The notes: generated from the letters alone by a model not told the origin. Counted from the stretch's first letter, positions 19,898 through 30,214 are shown. The stretch: 64,000 nt of DNA from Fimbriimonadales bacterium (GCA_041744215.1 JBGTLG010000016.1:1-64000); one strand, 5' to 3'. A program made the numbers and translations.

Positions 19898-20878
19898 ATT
19901 TCAAAACCACTCCTACTCACAGACCGAGTCGTCACGCTTTCCAGTTATCAGGCAAAAGCGCTCGAAATCGCACGTGCCGCAGGCAAGAAGACGATTCGCA
20001 TTTCGCCGGATCTCAACCTCACAAAGGTGGACGTGGCATTGACTGATGATCATGTCGTGTTTCCAAATGGAATCCTTGTGGATTGGTGCGCAATCGTTGA
20101 GATGATTGACACGGGAAGGAAGTGTTTTAAGTTTTCTGAGCAAGGTGTCTGGGAGATCATGATCTTCTCCGAAACTACGAGATGGCTCCGTCAGCTGGCC
20201 GCAACAGACGGGGCACCAACGATGCTCGTCTCCGGCAAGCCGATGCACCGAATCAAAAATGTGGATCCGATGCAGGACACACGAAGCAAGGCAGCAGCCG
20301 TTGCGCCCATGCGTGGTCGCGTTCTCGACACGGCGACTGGACTAGGGTACACCGCCATTGAGGCTGCCAGAACCGCAAAACATATAACGACGATTGAACT
20401 CGATCCCGCAGCGCTCGAAATTGCCAAGCACAATCCGTGGTCACGCCTGTTGTTTTCTAGCGAAAAGATTGTCCAGCGCATTGGCAGTGCATTTGATGTT
20501 GTCAATGAGTTCGAGGATGGGTCCTTCGATGTGATTCTTCACGACCCACCGACCAAGTCTCTGGCGGGCGAGCTCTATTCAGGAGAATTCTATTCGAGAC
20601 TCTTTCGTGTTCTGTCGAGAAATGGGAAAGTGTTTCACTACGTCGGAGACCCGGACAGCGGTCTCGGTGCAACGACAACGCAGGGCGTCATCCGAAGGCT
20701 TTACGAATCCGGCTTCCGCAAAGTAGTCCGAAAGCCTGAGGCGTTCGGAGTAGTCGCTTACAAGAGTTTGCCGGGTCGCGAGGCACCAGGATCGCGCCGC
20801 CCTATGCAGACTCGAACGAAGCGCGGGATGTCACCCGTCAAACCATCGGAATTCGTACGCTCGTCACGACGGCAATGA
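19898..20878 (+). CDS. SAM-dependent methyltransferase (COG2521-like); start uncertain or frameshifted
   Basis: VLDTATGLGYTA, NPWS, HDPP, ELYS, FHYVG; frame is open from 19886 but the first canonical start is GTG 20027. Confidence 0.8.
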   Translation: MSKPLLLTDRVVTLSSYQAKALEIARAAGKKTIRISPDLNLTKVDVALTDDHVVFPNGILVDWCAIVEMIDTGRKCFKFSEQGVWEIMIFSETTRWLRQLAATDGAPTMLVSGKPMHRIKNVDPMQDTRSKAAAVAPMRGRVLDTATGLGYTAIEAARTAKHITTIELDPAALEIAKHNPWSRLLFSSEKIVQRIGSAFDVVNEFEDGSFDVILHDPPTKSLAGELYSGEFYSRLFRVLSRNGKVFHYVGDPDSGLGATTTQGVIRRLYESGFRKVVRKPEAFGVVAYKSLPGREAPGSRRPMQTRTKRGMSPVKPSEFVRSSRRQ

Positions 20879-20925
20879 CGCTGTGGGTCGAGCGACGAGG
20901 ACATCGTTGTCCATGTAGCAACCGC

Positions 20926-20952
20926 GAAGGCTCTTGATTCCCAGGAGCCTTC
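20926..20952. terminator. 11-bp hairpin between convergent genes; possible terminator without U-tail
   Basis: GAAGGCTCTTG-attcc-CAGGAGCCTTC. Confidence 0.4.
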
Positions 20953-20957
20953 ACTAC

Positions 20958-21875
20958 CTATGCTTCACCGAGCAGCGCGTGTCGCCATCCTTTCGTGCTG
21001 ACCCTGGCGCCGAGCGAGTGCACGCATTGGAGCGCGCGCTCCAGAATCAGTGCACCAATATGAATCGTGCGCTCTCGACCGCGCTCTATTCCCGGTAGAT
21101 CTGCTCGCTCCGCAATCGTCATGCGTCCGAGCATCCCAGCAAACTTGCTGATCTCTTCGAAATCAAGATAAGCGCCGTGCACTTTCGCTGGGACCCAAGG
21201 CACGACCTCATCGCGAATTGACACAAGATTCGTAGCCGACGCCCCCAATGCAACGGTCACCCCTGCTTGCCCCTTCAGATATCGTATGCCGAAGACGTCA
21301 TCAACCTCTGCGCTCGCGCGCAGCAAGTCATGCCCAGACACGCGCTCGGGCGAGAGGGATTTCAATGAGAGCGTACCCACCGGAAAGCTGCGGCAAAAGA
21401 CTGCCCTCCTGTATTCGCCATCTGCGACTGTCGTGACGATTTCGGTACTGTGTCCGCCAACGTCGATCACCGTAAGGCGCGGCTCTGCTGAGAACATTCG
21501 GTCCGTGTACACGCTCTTCATACCAAGCCGAGCCTCTTCGTCGCCCGATAGGACGAATACGGGAGTGCCTTGCTGTGCCGCTCGAGCTATAAACTCAGGA
21601 GCGTTTGTCGCGATCCGAAGAGCCATAGTTGCGGCGGCCTTCGGCACGACTTGAAAGTCATTTGCGGCATCCCATGCTCTCCGCAGCGCGGCGAGGCAAT
21701 TCTGCACACTCTGCCCAGAGAGCAAGCCTGTTTCGCGAGTCCCGTTTCCTAATCCTGTGACCTCACTCGTCTCAAGAAGGTCATTCCACTTTTGGCCATC
21801 CCATTCGGCGACGACGAGCAGGAGGGAGTTTGAGCCAACGTCAATGACCGCACGTTTCTCGCCAACCGATGGCAT
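20958..21875 (-). CDS. Ppx/GppA family exopolyphosphatase
   Basis: AVIDVGSNS, ATMALRIATN, LSGDEEA, IDVGGHSTE; ATG overlaps the upstream TGA. Confidence 0.9.
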   Translation of the reverse strand: MPSVGEKRAVIDVGSNSLLLVVAEWDGQKWNDLLETSEVTGLGNGTRETGLLSGQSVQNCLAALRRAWDAANDFQVVPKAAATMALRIATNAPEFIARAAQQGTPVFVLSGDEEARLGMKSVYTDRMFSAEPRLTVIDVGGHSTEIVTTVADGEYRRAVFCRSFPVGTLSLKSLSPERVSGHDLLRASAEVDDVFGIRYLKGQAGVTVALGASATNLVSIRDEVVPWVPAKVHGAYLDFEEISKFAGMLGRMTIAERADLPGIERGRERTIHIGALILERALQCVHSLGARVSTKGWRHALLGEA

Positions 21876-22660
21876 CAGTGCGGACCTTCGAAGGCGACAC
21901 CGCACGGACTCCCCATCGATGAGGGAGAGTTTTCGAATTGCTCGCCGTTCATTCGGATCAGAGGGTTGTAAAACGAAGCTGACTCTGTTGATCTGCTCCC
22001 GATGTAATGACAGATGAATGAGCGGCGGGATCGATTCTCGCTGACATTGGGCGTGCTGCCGTGAATGGTTGTTCCAAAGAAGAACAGGCAATCGCCGGCC
22101 TTCATGAGCATCGGGACTTCTGTGAATCCTTCTGGAGTTCCGACATGATGTCCCGTGAATGAAATTGACGGATCGGCCTCTCCTGGACATTGCAATTCGA
22201 GTAGATGTGACCCCGGCACGCAGATCAAGCAACCGTTTTCGACGTCGCAGTCGTCGATCGCGATCCACGCTGCGATGCAACCCATTCGATCATTAGCTTT
22301 CAGATACAGGTTGTCCTGGTGCGGTGCCTGACCCGGAGTCCCGGGCGGCTTCCAGTAGTACATCGTTTGGGCGGCGATGGGCTCATCGTCGAGGAGGACT
22401 CCCACCACGTTTGCGATTCGGGAGTCTAACAGATAGCGGAGGCTCATTTCGTCGAATCGATGCGGGTGGATGATTCTGGGGTACCGCTCGCATGAGTTCG
22501 ACGGCCCGTGATCATCCCGGCTGAAGTAGCCCGGCACTCCTTCCTCCCAAATCTGCTCGAAGCGGTCCTTAATCTCTGCGACTTCGCTCGAAGCGAGGAG
22601 TTGCCTGAAGACCGCGAAGCCATCGCGATCTGCGGCGCTCTTGAGGCTGTCGGCGTTCAT
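21875..22660 (-). CDS. Phytanoyl-CoA dioxygenase (PhyH) family Fe(II)/2OG enzyme
   Basis: KPPG..HQD, WIAIDD..ENGCL..PGSH, IHGS..N...RR; start at ATG 22660 behind TAGAAT. Confidence 0.9.
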   Translation of the reverse strand: MNADSLKSAADRDGFAVFRQLLASSEVAEIKDRFEQIWEEGVPGYFSRDDHGPSNSCERYPRIIHPHRFDEMSLRYLLDSRIANVVGVLLDDEPIAAQTMYYWKPPGTPGQAPHQDNLYLKANDRMGCIAAWIAIDDCDVENGCLICVPGSHLLELQCPGEADPSISFTGHHVGTPEGFTEVPMLMKAGDCLFFFGTTIHGSTPNVSENRSRRSFICHYIGSRSTESASFYNPLIRMNGEQFENSPSSMGSPCGVAFEGPH

Positions 22661-22700
22661 TACCTTCATTCTATCACCCGATACCGTTATAATCGGCGGC

Positions 22701-24431
22701 GTGCGGCACCTTGCCGAGTTAAATCACCTTCTCCACCACGTTCTCGTCTCGCGAGACGTGGTCGCCTCGCTGTACCGCGTTTGTGAGCAGGCGATAGAAG
22801 CGACCGGCGCACGCAACGCGATGATTGCGCACTATAGCGAGGTCGAAGGCCTGATGACCCTTCGCGCAGGTATCGGAGAGGACTGGCGGGCTGAGATGCT
22901 CGGCGAACGGATCAATGTCGGTGTGAACGTGGAGGAGGGGATCACGGCGTTCGTCGCGGCGACGGGCGAGAGCTTTGTAAGTGGCGATGTAACGAACGAG
23001 CCGCGTTACCGCATCTTAATCGAGGGCAGCAGGAGCGAGTTGGCTGCACCGATCTTCGACAGATATGGCCGCGTGAGGGGAGTTCTCAACCTCGAATCCG
23101 CAGAGATCGATTTCTTCCAGCCTGATCAGGTTCTGTGGGCAGAATTGCTCGCGCACATTGCGTCGCTCGCTTTTGAGTTCGAAGACGGTGATCTGAGAGA
23201 AGACGCGCTGGTAAAGGTTGGCATCGCATTGGATGTGGCACGTTCGGAAGAGGAGCTGCTCTCGAGTGTGCAAGAGGTGACCCGATCCGTATTGCGAGTA
23301 GCCGCGTATTCGATTTTTCTCTGGGAAGATGCACAACAAGCATTCGTGCTAAAGGACACTGTCGGAAAGTCTTCGCTCTCTGAGAACGCAATGTATCGAC
23401 CAGGGGAAGGTTGTACCGGTTGGGTTTGTCAGCACGGCGAGCCAATTCTTGTTGACGATCCTCAGAAGGATCCGCGCTGGGCGGGCAAGTTCTTGGAGAT
23501 GGATGCCGACCAGATCCACTCTTACATTTGCGTCCCGATCACATCGGGCGGCCGAGTCCTGGGCGCGATGCGGGCAATTCGAAAGAAGGGCAAGAACCCC
23601 TATATCGATGTGCGCTTTACCGAGCGCGAGCTGCGTGTCCTGAGTGCGATCGCCGAGCAGTTGGGGACGGGCCTTGAGAAGATTCGGTCTCTCAAAAAAC
23701 TAATCATCAGCGAACGCATGGCCGCTTGGGGCGAACTGAGCGCGCGCAGCTCGCACATGATTGGAAATCGTGTGTTTGCTATCGCGGGCGACGCAAACGA
23801 ATTGAAGTATATGATCAACTCAGACCCAATGCCGAGAGATCAAGCGATTGCGGTGCTTGAGCATTTGCAAGACAGCATCAGAAAACTTGAAAGCATCTTG
23901 CAAGACTATCGCGATTTTGTGACCGCCACGAAGGTCAACCTTGCATTCGATAGCTTGTCGGATGTGGTTCGAAAGGCTGCACAAGGTCTTCTTGCGGAAG
24001 GAGGGCCGATACAGGTGAGTTTTGAGCAGCTCGATGAAACTGAGCCATTTTTGATCGATACTCAAAAGGTCGAAAGAGCCGTCAGCGAGTTGATCGAGAA
24101 TGCAACCCACTATATGGATGCCGGTGTCGTTACGGTTCGGGCAGGTCTCGCGACAAGCGAAGACTTCGCCAATGTTAGCTTGAGTCCCCAGGGCGTCGGG
24201 TATGCGAAGATCGAGGTGGAAGACCAAGGTCCGGGCGTACCAGAAGAGCACAAGGCACGCATTTTTGACGCTTACTATTCTTCTCGCGCGAAGGGCATGG
24301 GGCTGGGCCTCAGCATTGTGAAGGGCGTCGTCGACGCACACGACGGATACATATTCGAGAATGGAACTCCGGGCCAGGGCGCGCGATTTGTAATCTTGCT
24401 TCCGATGCGAAAGAGCGAAACGACCGCCTAA
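22701..24431 (+). CDS. Cytoplasmic GAF-GAF sensor histidine kinase
   Basis: Two GAF-like repeats (GITAFVA..SELAAP; GCTGWV..YICVPI), H-box SSHMIGN, ELIENA, DQGPG, GMGLGL. Confidence 0.9.
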   Translation: MRHLAELNHLLHHVLVSRDVVASLYRVCEQAIEATGARNAMIAHYSEVEGLMTLRAGIGEDWRAEMLGERINVGVNVEEGITAFVAATGESFVSGDVTNEPRYRILIEGSRSELAAPIFDRYGRVRGVLNLESAEIDFFQPDQVLWAELLAHIASLAFEFEDGDLREDALVKVGIALDVARSEEELLSSVQEVTRSVLRVAAYSIFLWEDAQQAFVLKDTVGKSSLSENAMYRPGEGCTGWVCQHGEPILVDDPQKDPRWAGKFLEMDADQIHSYICVPITSGGRVLGAMRAIRKKGKNPYIDVRFTERELRVLSAIAEQLGTGLEKIRSLKKLIISERMAAWGELSARSSHMIGNRVFAIAGDANELKYMINSDPMPRDQAIAVLEHLQDSIRKLESILQDYRDFVTATKVNLAFDSLSDVVRKAAQGLLAEGGPIQVSFEQLDETEPFLIDTQKVERAVSELIENATHYMDAGVVTVRAGLATSEDFANVSLSPQGVGYAKIEVEDQGPGVPEEHKARIFDAYYSSRAKGMGLGLSIVKGVVDAHDGYIFENGTPGQGARFVILLPMRKSETTA

Positions 24432-25291
24432 ACCTCCGCCGCTGCTTCCACTCGAGGATAGATCCCGTGCAAAATCTTCCGATAATCTCCGGATTCTGCC
24501 CACTTCTCTAACTGCTGTGCGCGAAAGACAGGCATTGGGTGTGTAAAAGCCCAGGTCGAAGTGAAATACAAAATCACTTTTCCAAGCTGATCTAACGGCG
24601 ACGCCTCTTGGTACGCGCGTGCCTGATCCATGAATGCCTCGATGTTCTCTTCATGGGAGAATCGATTTGGGCCGCTCGTTAGACGCAAGTTCGCATGCAG
24701 CGAAGTCTCCAGACTCTGCGAGACCAGCAGACCAGCGCGGTCACAACTGACCTCCGACTGACGCATCCACTCGTAGAACGCGAAGATCAAGCCAATGGCG
24801 GCCGCATCTCCTAAGATTGGCAGTCGTCGGCCTAAAGCCTGGAGGAGTGGGACCAAGAGCCGACCAACCATGTGGTAAAGCATGTGGCCGGATTTGATAT
24901 GGCCAAGCTCATGTCCGATAAGATGATAGAGTTCCTCATCGTTAAGGGTGTCGACCATCGAGTTCCGCAATGTGATAAACGGCCGCTCAACTCCGCCAGC
25001 GAATGCGTTTGGAAATGGATTACTTGTAAGGTATAGCTCTGGCTCAGGAATGTCGAGAACTTCGCAGCTCTCCTGAAGAATCCTGTGAATTGTCGGGTAC
25101 TGCTTCGGTCCGCATCGCACCGACATCGCCATGTTTAGGCAATAGAACCAGCGATCAAGGCCAAGCTCGCTGAACTTTCTCAACACAGGCGGCAGTAGCG
25201 GCACCCGCTCAAGCGCCGCAAGAGCGCGCCGATCCGCCTCCGTCGTGAAGGCATCGGAGCTTATCCCTGGAAGAGTTACGCGCTCGGGCAC
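24428..25291 (-). CDS. M48 family Zn metallopeptidase
   Basis: PNAFAGG, HELGH, E.SCDRAG, THP. Confidence 0.9.
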   Translation of the reverse strand: MPERVTLPGISSDAFTTEADRRALAALERVPLLPPVLRKFSELGLDRWFYCLNMAMSVRCGPKQYPTIHRILQESCEVLDIPEPELYLTSNPFPNAFAGGVERPFITLRNSMVDTLNDEELYHLIGHELGHIKSGHMLYHMVGRLLVPLLQALGRRLPILGDAAAIGLIFAFYEWMRQSEVSCDRAGLLVSQSLETSLHANLRLTSGPNRFSHEENIEAFMDQARAYQEASPLDQLGKVILYFTSTWAFTHPMPVFRAQQLEKWAESGDYRKILHGIYPRVEAAAEV

Positions 25292-25344
25292 ATTCGAGAA
25301 TACGGGGGATGCCCTTCAATGGTTGCGGTACTCTTCTGTGCAAG

Positions 25345-26676
25345 ATGCCACGGGCGGCGTTTACGACCTTAGGCTGCAAAGTCAATCAGTACGAAACCCA
25401 GCGAATTCTCGAGTCGTTCGAGGGCGCAGGGTTCGAGATCGTGCCTTTCAATGCCGTTGCCGATGTGTACGTTATCAATACTTGCAGCGTAACGGGGCAG
25501 GCGGAGAGCAAGAGTCGGCAGACCGTGCGCCGAGCTGCGCGCCAAAACCCGGATGCAAAGATCGTCGTTACCGGTTGTGCGGCGCAGATGTCCCTCAATC
25601 GAAGTGAGGCTTTTGATGCCGCCGATCTGCTGGTCCCGAACCCAGTAAAGCTGGAGACCCTCAATCGCTTTCTCACGGCCTTCCCTAGTTGGCGCCCTGT
25701 TTCGAGGAGCAACCGAACGGTTGTCGCTTCTCAGGGCGTTGTTGGGAGAACGCGAGCAACTGTCAAGATTCAGGATGGATGCAGCGTGATGTGTTCGTAC
25801 TGCAGCATCCCTTACACCCGCCCAGGACTCAGCAGTAGGAGTTACCCCGAGGTGATCACGGAGATCCGTCAGCTTGCAGAGCGCGGTTACAAAGAAGTCG
25901 TCCTAACAGGGGTTCTGATTGGCGCATACGGCAAAGAGACGGGCAGCGGGGGACCAAACTTTGAGGATCTCATTGAGTTGATTCAGGAGAGGACCTGCAT
26001 CGATCGCCTTCGAATCTCCAGCATCGAGATGCGACAAGTAACCCCAAGGCTGCTCGAGATCATGCGGCGTGCCGAATCGAAGGTCGTTCCGCATCTACAC
26101 ATTCCGCTGCAGGCGGGCAGCACCAGAGTCTTGAGTGAAATGAATCGCCCGTACAGCAAGGAAGACTATCTGGAACTTTGTCGGAGCGTGTACGCGATGG
26201 TTCCAGATGTCGCAATCACCGCGGACATCATGGTGGGCTTTCCAACCGAGACCGAGGAAGATTTTCTGGAGACAGTCGATGTCTGCGAGCAGGTTCGGTA
26301 CGCAAAGACCCATTTGTTCCGTTTCAGCCCACGGCATGGAACTCCTGCAGATAAATGGGGAGACGCGATTCCGCCGCAGGAGAAGCAGCGCCGCAGCTCA
26401 GTCCTAAATGAGCTTTCAGCGGAAACTCGATCCGAGTTTGTAAAACGGTTTTGTGGTCGACGCCTGGAGGTTCTTGTCGAGTGCAAGTCGCCTCGGGACG
26501 GGTTGTTACGGGGTCACACAGGCAACTACATCGAAGTCGAATTCCCAGGTCCCAGTTCGCTACTGGGCTCTATCGTCAAAGTCGAGATCGTAGGTGAATC
26601 GGGTGGATCGGCAATTGGCGAACTCTCAAGCGAATTCGAGGAACCCAGCTTGAAGCATCTCAACGTCCTGAACTAA
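25345..26676 (+). CDS. mtaB: tRNA t6A37 methylthiotransferase
   Basis: TLGCKVNQYE, NTCSVT, KIQDGCSVMCSYCSIP radical-SAM motif, TRAM-like C-terminus. Confidence 0.92.
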   Translation: MPRAAFTTLGCKVNQYETQRILESFEGAGFEIVPFNAVADVYVINTCSVTGQAESKSRQTVRRAARQNPDAKIVVTGCAAQMSLNRSEAFDAADLLVPNPVKLETLNRFLTAFPSWRPVSRSNRTVVASQGVVGRTRATVKIQDGCSVMCSYCSIPYTRPGLSSRSYPEVITEIRQLAERGYKEVVLTGVLIGAYGKETGSGGPNFEDLIELIQERTCIDRLRISSIEMRQVTPRLLEIMRRAESKVVPHLHIPLQAGSTRVLSEMNRPYSKEDYLELCRSVYAMVPDVAITADIMVGFPTETEEDFLETVDVCEQVRYAKTHLFRFSPRHGTPADKWGDAIPPQEKQRRSSVLNELSAETRSEFVKRFCGRRLEVLVECKSPRDGLLRGHTGNYIEVEFPGPSSLLGSIVKVEIVGESGGSAIGELSSEFEEPSLKHLNVLN

Positions 26677-26681
26677 GAGCC

Positions 26682-27023
26682 ATGAACACCGAATGTATTT
26701 TTTGCAAGATCGCATCAAAGGAGATTCCCGCGGACATCGTGGTGGAAAACGATAGCGTGATCGCTTTCCGGGATCTCAACCCGCAGGCACCAACGCACAT
26801 TCTTGTCATTCCCAAGCGGCACGTAGACGGAATCGCGGAAGCGTCCCGCGACGATGACCTTCAAGAGCTACTTCTCGCCGCAGCCGAAGCTGCGAGGATC
26901 GATGGGATCCATCGTTCGGGTTACCGATTGGTGGTGAACAGCGGACATCACGGCGGCCAAACTGTTCATCACTTGCACGTCCATGTGCTTGGAGGGCGTG
27001 TAATGACCTGGCCTCCGGGATAG
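26682..27023 (+). CDS. hinT: Histidine triad nucleotide-binding protein
   Basis: CIFCKI, PQAPTH, GQTVHHLHVHVLGGR..WPPG. Confidence 0.93.
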   Translation: MNTECIFCKIASKEIPADIVVENDSVIAFRDLNPQAPTHILVIPKRHVDGIAEASRDDDLQELLLAAAEAARIDGIHRSGYRLVVNSGHHGGQTVHHLHVHVLGGRVMTWPPG

Positions 27024-27066
27024 TCTTGGCAGGAATTCGGGCTCCGAACAGCGAAGTTGCCTGTCG

Positions 27067-29058
27067 ATGCCCCCGCAAAGCGAGATCGAAGCCGCCCGCG
27101 AACGGGCATTCCGCCAGGGGCATGAGGGCGCAGTTGAGTTCCGAGAAGGGTTTACGATCCGTTCGTTTCTCGGAGCGCTGTTTGTCGCGTTCGTCATGTT
27201 GCCAGGAGGGCTCTTTCTCGGACTTGTCGCAGGGCAAGGGATCGGCGACGCAGCGGAATGGGTCACGATCGTTTTGTTTGCGGAGGTGGCCCGACGCAGT
27301 TTCATGCCCCTTCGCAAGCAAGAGATTTACATTCTTTTTTACATTGCGACGAGCCTTACGACCGTAATCGCTGCCGAGAGAGGACTGGCTGGTGGGCCGT
27401 TTGGCAATCTGATTTGGAGTGCCTTCACGGTGCAATCGCCCGCGTTCCAGGGCTTTGCTGACCAAGTGCCGACGTGGGCGATACCAGAGGCCGCATCTCC
27501 GGCTCTATTCGAGCGTTCGTTTTTCAATCCGGCTTGGGCCCTGCCGATCTTGCTGCTCGTACTGACAGAAGGGCTCGTGCGGATGTCATGGATGGGCATG
27601 GGTTATGCGCTGTTCCGATTGACAAGCGACGTCGAGCGACTTCCATTCCCGATGGCGCCAGTCGCGGCAGGCGGGGCAACGGCCTTAGCCGAAGCGGGCT
27701 CAAAGTCCGAGTCGTGGCGCTGGAATGTCTTCAGCACTGGCGCGGTCGTAGGGCTTGTCTTCGGGTTCTTCTATCTGGCGATTCCAATTTTCACAGGAAC
27801 AGTTTTTGGAAACACGATTGAAATCTTTCCGATTCCATTCGCTGATTACACCAAGCAGATTGAAGCGCTCGCACCAGCGGCGATCATTGGGATCAGTTTT
27901 TCACTGGCGAACGTGTTGGCGGGGTTCGTGTTGCCATTTCATATTGTTCTCGGTGCGGCAATTGGATCCGTCGCGTGTCAAGTGTTTCTGAATCCGATAC
28001 TCTATAAGTACGGGATGTTGCCTCACTATGCGAGCGGCGGTGCTTGGCCGACAAAACTCGCTGTCGATATGGACTTTTGGCTGAGCATTGGCATTGGCAT
28101 CAACTTAGCCGTTGCGATTCTCGGCATTTGGCTGGTTGCTTCGACAGTACTGAAGGGTCGCAGAGAGCTCGCTGCTTCGAGAGTCTCATTGGCGCCGCCA
28201 CCGGGAAGGGGGGACTTCCCTGTTTGGTATGGAATCATCGCGTATACACTGGCTACATTTGGCTTGATCGCCCTTTGCCGCTGGCTAGTACCGGACTTTC
28301 CCATTGGCCTGTTGTTGTTCTTTGGACTGGTATGGAGCCCGTTCAACAGTTACATCAGCGCGCGGATGATCGGTATCACAGGAAGAGGTGTCGGCTTCCC
28401 TTATCTGAAGGAGGCTGTCGTCGTCGCTTCAGGATACAAAAAAGTTGATGTTTGGTATGCGCCCATTCCGCTACACGACCATGGCGGCACGGTGCAGAGG
28501 TTTCGTGAACTCGAACTGACTGGAACAAAGATCACAAGCCTTATCAAGGCGGAGATCGTGATGTTTCCGCTAATCATTATCGCTAGTTTCTTTTTCTGGT
28601 CATTCTTCTGGAAATCGAGCCCGATCGAAAGCGGCCAGTATCCCTATGCACAGTTTGCATGGCCGTTCTATGCAAACACGGAAGCGGTTTGGAAACAGAT
28701 TAATCTTGAGGGGGCCGAAGAGAGTTCGAAGGCTATGAATGCGCTCAAACCGAATCTGATCGCTGCAGGGACGGCCAGCGGGTTGGCGATGTATGGGGTG
28801 TTCACGTTCTTCAAACTGCCAATATTGACTTTTTATGGTTTCGCTGGTGGGATTGGCCTTTGGCCAATGAACACGATTCCACAGTTGCTGGGCGCATTTG
28901 CAGGCAAGTACTACTTCGCCCGTCGGTATGGAGAAGACAGGTGGGCAGCCTATGCCCCAGTCTTACTCGCTGGGTTCAGCTGCGGCAGCGGTCTGATAGC
29001 GATGATATCGATTGCTCTGGCTCTTGTTGCGAAGTCGGTGAGTACGCTTCCGTACTAG
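27067..29058 (+). CDS. Large polytopic membrane protein, OPT-like peptide transporter
   Basis: 663 aa, many hydrophobic segments, DVERLPFPMAPV motif resembling the OPT ExLPFP motif. Confidence 0.65.
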   Translation: MPPQSEIEAARERAFRQGHEGAVEFREGFTIRSFLGALFVAFVMLPGGLFLGLVAGQGIGDAAEWVTIVLFAEVARRSFMPLRKQEIYILFYIATSLTTVIAAERGLAGGPFGNLIWSAFTVQSPAFQGFADQVPTWAIPEAASPALFERSFFNPAWALPILLLVLTEGLVRMSWMGMGYALFRLTSDVERLPFPMAPVAAGGATALAEAGSKSESWRWNVFSTGAVVGLVFGFFYLAIPIFTGTVFGNTIEIFPIPFADYTKQIEALAPAAIIGISFSLANVLAGFVLPFHIVLGAAIGSVACQVFLNPILYKYGMLPHYASGGAWPTKLAVDMDFWLSIGIGINLAVAILGIWLVASTVLKGRRELAASRVSLAPPPGRGDFPVWYGIIAYTLATFGLIALCRWLVPDFPIGLLLFFGLVWSPFNSYISARMIGITGRGVGFPYLKEAVVVASGYKKVDVWYAPIPLHDHGGTVQRFRELELTGTKITSLIKAEIVMFPLIIIASFFFWSFFWKSSPIESGQYPYAQFAWPFYANTEAVWKQINLEGAEESSKAMNALKPNLIAAGTASGLAMYGVFTFFKLPILTFYGFAGGIGLWPMNTIPQLLGAFAGKYYFARRYGEDRWAAYAPVLLAGFSCGSGLIAMISIALALVAKSVSTLPY

Positions 29059-29455
29059 GCGGAGTGATAGCTGAGATCGGCTCGCCACAAAGCGTGCGCG
29101 TGCCGCTCCCCGTCTCGATTTCTTGTTGCCGCTGCGCCATGTACTGTACGGCGAATACACTGAGCGCAATCGCAAGAGCAGTAAGCAGAACGATCATTCG
29201 CACCGTAAGCGCAGCCGGCCTCGTGGGCAACGCCTGAATTGTTTGGGGATAAAGCTCAGAAGGCGCAGGAATAGAGATTCCTCCCAAACCGGCGCTTAGC
29301 TTCAGGAGTTCTTCTCTGTAGGCTGCGCATGGATCGCATGCTGAAAGGTGCGCGCGAACATTCGGCTCGATGCCCGATTTGAGATTAACTAGGTCAGCTT
29401 CGGCAAGCTTGCCTCGGACGATCTCGCAACTGAGTTTTGGGTCATTCAGCGACAT
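28976..29455 (-). CDS. Membrane-anchored zinc-binding anti-sigma factor
   Basis: HLSACDPC (HxxxCxxC), single TM, directly after an ECF sigma. Confidence 0.8.
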   Translation of the reverse strand: MSLNDPKLSCEIVRGKLAEADLVNLKSGIEPNVRAHLSACDPCAAYREELLKLSAGLGGISIPAPSELYPQTIQALPTRPAALTVRMIVLLTALAIALSVFAVQYMAQRQQEIETGSGTRTLCGEPISAITPPSTEAYSPTSQQEPEQSISSLSDRCRS

Positions 29456-30043
29456 CTATTCTGCCCCCTCAGAAAACATTCTTCGCCTGAGGGACTCTCG
29501 CCCTCGACCAAGACGGCTCTTTACAGTCCCTGTGGGCACGCCCAGAATTTTGGCGATCTCGCTGACACGCGCTCCCTCCAAATGGTGCAAAACGACAACA
29601 AAGCGCTGATCGTCCGGCAGGCTCAACAACGCTTCCATCAGTGAATTGGAGTCCGACATCGCTTCAACGAAGCGATCCGCCCCATTTGCTGGGTCTGCTA
29701 TGGACTCCCCGCCGTCTGCAAAGGACTCAAGCGAGACCTCTCGATCAGAACGACGGGCGCGAATAACGTCGATGGCGGCGTTCGTTGCAGTTCGACGCAG
29801 ATAGGCGAGAACGCCCCGGTCTCCGCGGAGCGAGCCGAGCTTTTTATACGCGCGGACAAATGTTTCCTGCACTACGTCCTTAGCATCCGAGGGATTGCCC
29901 GCTATTGCAAGGGCGAGCGTGTAGATGCGATCCTGGTGCCGATGGAAGAGGCTCTCGAATGCGGCGCGCTCGCCACTCCGAGCTCGCTCCACCAACTCAG
30001 CATCTCCGAGATGCTGTAGGGCCGCAGTTTGGTCTTCCCTCAT
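29456..30043 (-). CDS. ECF RNA polymerase sigma factor (start 30043 or 30076)
   Basis: DAKDVVQETFVRAY (region 2), EIAKILGVPTGTVKSRL (region 4). Confidence 0.93.
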   Translation of the reverse strand: MREDQTAALQHLGDAELVERARSGERAAFESLFHRHQDRIYTLALAIAGNPSDAKDVVQETFVRAYKKLGSLRGDRGVLAYLRRTATNAAIDVIRARRSDREVSLESFADGGESIADPANGADRFVEAMSDSNSLMEALLSLPDDQRFVVVLHHLEGARVSEIAKILGVPTGTVKSRLGRGRESLRRRMFSEGAE

Positions 30044-30214
30044 ATCAAGAACGGATACGTGGCCATCAGGTTCCAACTTTGAATCCGGTTCATACTATCC
30101 GGGCTTGGACAATTCTCCAACTGACTGACGGTTTTTCCTGAGAAAAAGTTGAGTGCGATCGCAGAACATCCATTCCTGCTCCCGGCTAAGTAGCCGAGAA
30201 TCAAGTGTAACAGC

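Noticed and set aside
19768-19935. T-box leader or N-terminal extension for ileS
   Set aside because: The space is too short and shared with the divergent gene; TAAAAT lies 11 nt before ATG 19767.
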